This document shows, in pieces, positions 11,310-12,761 of a stretch of DNA of 12,761 nt. Within the stretch, counting starts at the first letter, position 1; every line of letters begins with the position of its first letter. Below the pieces are notes generated by a model, which was given only the letters and a program-made list of their open reading frames with translations, was not told where the DNA came from and did no database searches. Source of the DNA: Methanobacteriota archaeon (GTDB lineage Archaea; Halobacteriota; Methanosarcinia; Methanosarcinales; Methanogasteraceae); contig JAYEFK010000240.1 of assembly GCA_034658575.1 (NCBI GenBank), forward strand, positions 1 through 12,761, in the 5' to 3' direction. The translations under genes and the position numbers were made by a program.

Positions 11310-12761
11310 ATGCAGGTCTTACATGCAATCTGGAACGGCGATGAACTGTGCTTATGGGCGGAGGCATCCGCGCTGCCACTGACCGCCCCGCCCCGCCGCG
11401 GAAGACCGCCAAAAAATCCAAAGCCAAGGACTCACCCATTCTCGCTTCCTGCCGATATGCTGAGTGAGATCGTCGAAAGCAACTTCGGGCATACCCCGTC
11501 CGGAATCGGGACGGTGCCGCTTCTCCTCCCCTCGACACAGAGAGGTCCGCTGCCATCGCCGTGGCTTGTCCGGGAGGAGGAGTACGACCACGGGAACGCG
11601 ACCGCGCTTGCCGGCTGGAATGTCGAGACGCTAATATTTGACCCGGGGGGCGCGTTTGATCTCTTACTCGATCTACCAGCCCGCCCACACCGCGGCACCG
11701 CCTTTGGAAGTTCGCTTCGGTTCTGGACCGAAGCAGCCCTATTCTCGCTTGCGCTTATCACGGAAGAACAGTTCATACCCACAATCAGAGAGAATGTCGC
11801 GGTCTGGACCGCGGTGATCGCTGGAGATGACGTGGAACGGATGCACACACTCGCAGATGCGATGCCCGCATACTGCCGGGCACTCATCATCTGGAAAGAT
11901 GGCAGCCCATGCGCACAGGATACACCGCCACGGCTCATGATTCGGAGTTTCATCGACCGAACCGTTGACGTGTTCGTGCGCAGGAGCCTTGAGTCTATAT
12001 CACTGATCCCGCCCCGCCGCGGTCGCCGCCCCAAAATCACCCCGATGCCGGAGCGGTTCCTATCGGCACTGTCAACCTGGGATCCCGCGATCGATGCCCC
12101 GATCGAGGATGTGGCAGCATTCTCGGGAGAGTTAGAGGGGTGGCTCACCGGGCTCCAGCCAGCCATGCCATCTGCGCCATTCCGCACGTGTTTCAGGCTC
12201 GATGCGCCACCGGATCCTGATGAGGAGGAGTATGAAGCGATGGAGGGTGGCGATTATGATGATGAAGATGGTGGTGGGAGTGGTGGTGGCGATGAAACTC
12301 GATACAGGGATCAAGAGCGGGACTGGAATATGTGGAGTCTCGGTTTCTTCCTCCAGGCGAAGGACGATCCGAGTCTGCTGATCCCTGCGGATAAGGTATG
12401 GAAGACACGGTCGGAAACGCTCACGTTTCTCAAACGAAAGTTCAAAAACCCGCAGGAGCAGTTGCTTGCCGACCTTGGCAGAGCTTCTCAGACATACCCC
12501 CCAATCGAGAAGAGTTTGCAGGATGCACGCCCTGTGGGGTTTGATATGAGTGCGGGGCAGGCGTATTCCTTCCTGCGGGAGTTTGCCCCTCTTCTTGAAC
12601 AGAACGGTTTCGGAGTCCTTCTCCCGCCATGGTGGGAGAAACCGGGCGCACGGCTCGGCGTCAAATTAAAGATCAATACACCGTCTCCTGTGCAGGAAGG
12701 TGGCATCGGTTCAGGGCATTTCAGCGTCAAATCGATCATGTCTTACGACTGGACGGTAGCG
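11310..12761 (+). CDS. SNF2-family helicase, N-terminal SNF2-helicase-associated region (partial; continues beyond the window)
   Basis: My own translation is open for 484 codons to the window end and is absent from the ORF track because it has no stop. MQVLHAIWNGDELCLWAEA... is the typical start of prokaryotic SNF2_assoc-domain helicases. An SD aggag lies 7 nt upstream. The helicase motifs are not yet reached. Confidence 0.7.
   Translation, partial: MQVLHAIWNGDELCLWAEASALPLTAPPRRGRPPKNPKPRTHPFSLPADMLSEIVESNFGHTPSGIGTVPLLLPSTQRGPLPSPWLVREEEYDHGNATALAGWNVETLIFDPGGAFDLLLDLPARPHRGTAFGSSLRFWTEAALFSLALITEEQFIPTIRENVAVWTAVIAGDDVERMHTLADAMPAYCRALIIWKDGSPCAQDTPPRLMIRSFIDRTVDVFVRRSLESISLIPPRRGRRPKITPMPERFLSALSTWDPAIDAPIEDVAAFSGELEGWLTGLQPAMPSAPFRTCFRLDAPPDPDEEEYEAMEGGDYDDEDGGGSGGGDETRYRDQERDWNMWSLGFFLQAKDDPSLLIPADKVWKTRSETLTFLKRKFKNPQEQLLADLGRASQTYPPIEKSLQDARPVGFDMSAGQAYSFLREFAPLLEQNGFGVLLPPWWEKPGARLGVKLKINTPSPVQEGGIGSGHFSVKSIMSYDWTVA

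Noticed and set aside
11269-12739. Minus-strand ORFs 11269-11688, 11352-11591, 11432-12187, 12132-12408 and 12442-12739.
   Set aside because: They are antisense to a continuous 484-codon plus-strand frame with a strong SD and a recognisable SNF2-associated N-terminus. The antisense products are Arg/Ser/Pro-rich with no recognisable motifs.

Overview
This window looks archaeal and probably comes from a methanogen. The host genes have moderately high GC, Shine-Dalgarno sites of the GGTGG/GGTGA type sit upstream of several genes, and TTTAWATA-type TATA boxes lie about 25 nt upstream of starts. One protein carries the two [FW]CCxxxKxC motifs and eight Cys that I recall for methanogenesis marker domain 9, and there is a geranylgeranyl reductase. 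The window has three parts. (1) 1-3330 is an array of small, visibly AT-rich gene cassettes, mostly two-gene toxin/antitoxin-like modules: DUF5678-like plus retropepsin-like protease, a frameshifted DUF4258-like toxin plus DUF2283, a small winged-helix-like protein, and tiny unknowns. Each cassette is separated from the next by a copy of a very GC-rich structured repeat of about 140-240 bp. There are five copies, and the first is cut by the window edge. The architecture resembles an integron or CALIN cassette array, but the sites are not canonical attC and no recombinase lies in the window. (2) 3430-6405 holds ordinary host genes: an Mmp9-domain protein, a convergent UspA-family protein and a geranylgeranyl reductase. 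(3) 6650-11122 is a tightly coupled three-gene operon encoding a strongly derived Hsp70 triad. It comprises GrpE fused to about 310 aa of internally duplicated coiled coil, an Hsp70 whose helical lid is replaced by a C-terminal ubiquitin-like domain, and a protein with three degenerate J-domains that lack HPD. After it comes the N-terminal 484 codons of an SNF2-associated-domain helicase with two AT-hook motifs, which runs off the window end. The cassette array and the Hsp70-Ubl operon are the two candidates for something undescribed. All domain calls come from reading the translations by eye, and no searches were run.
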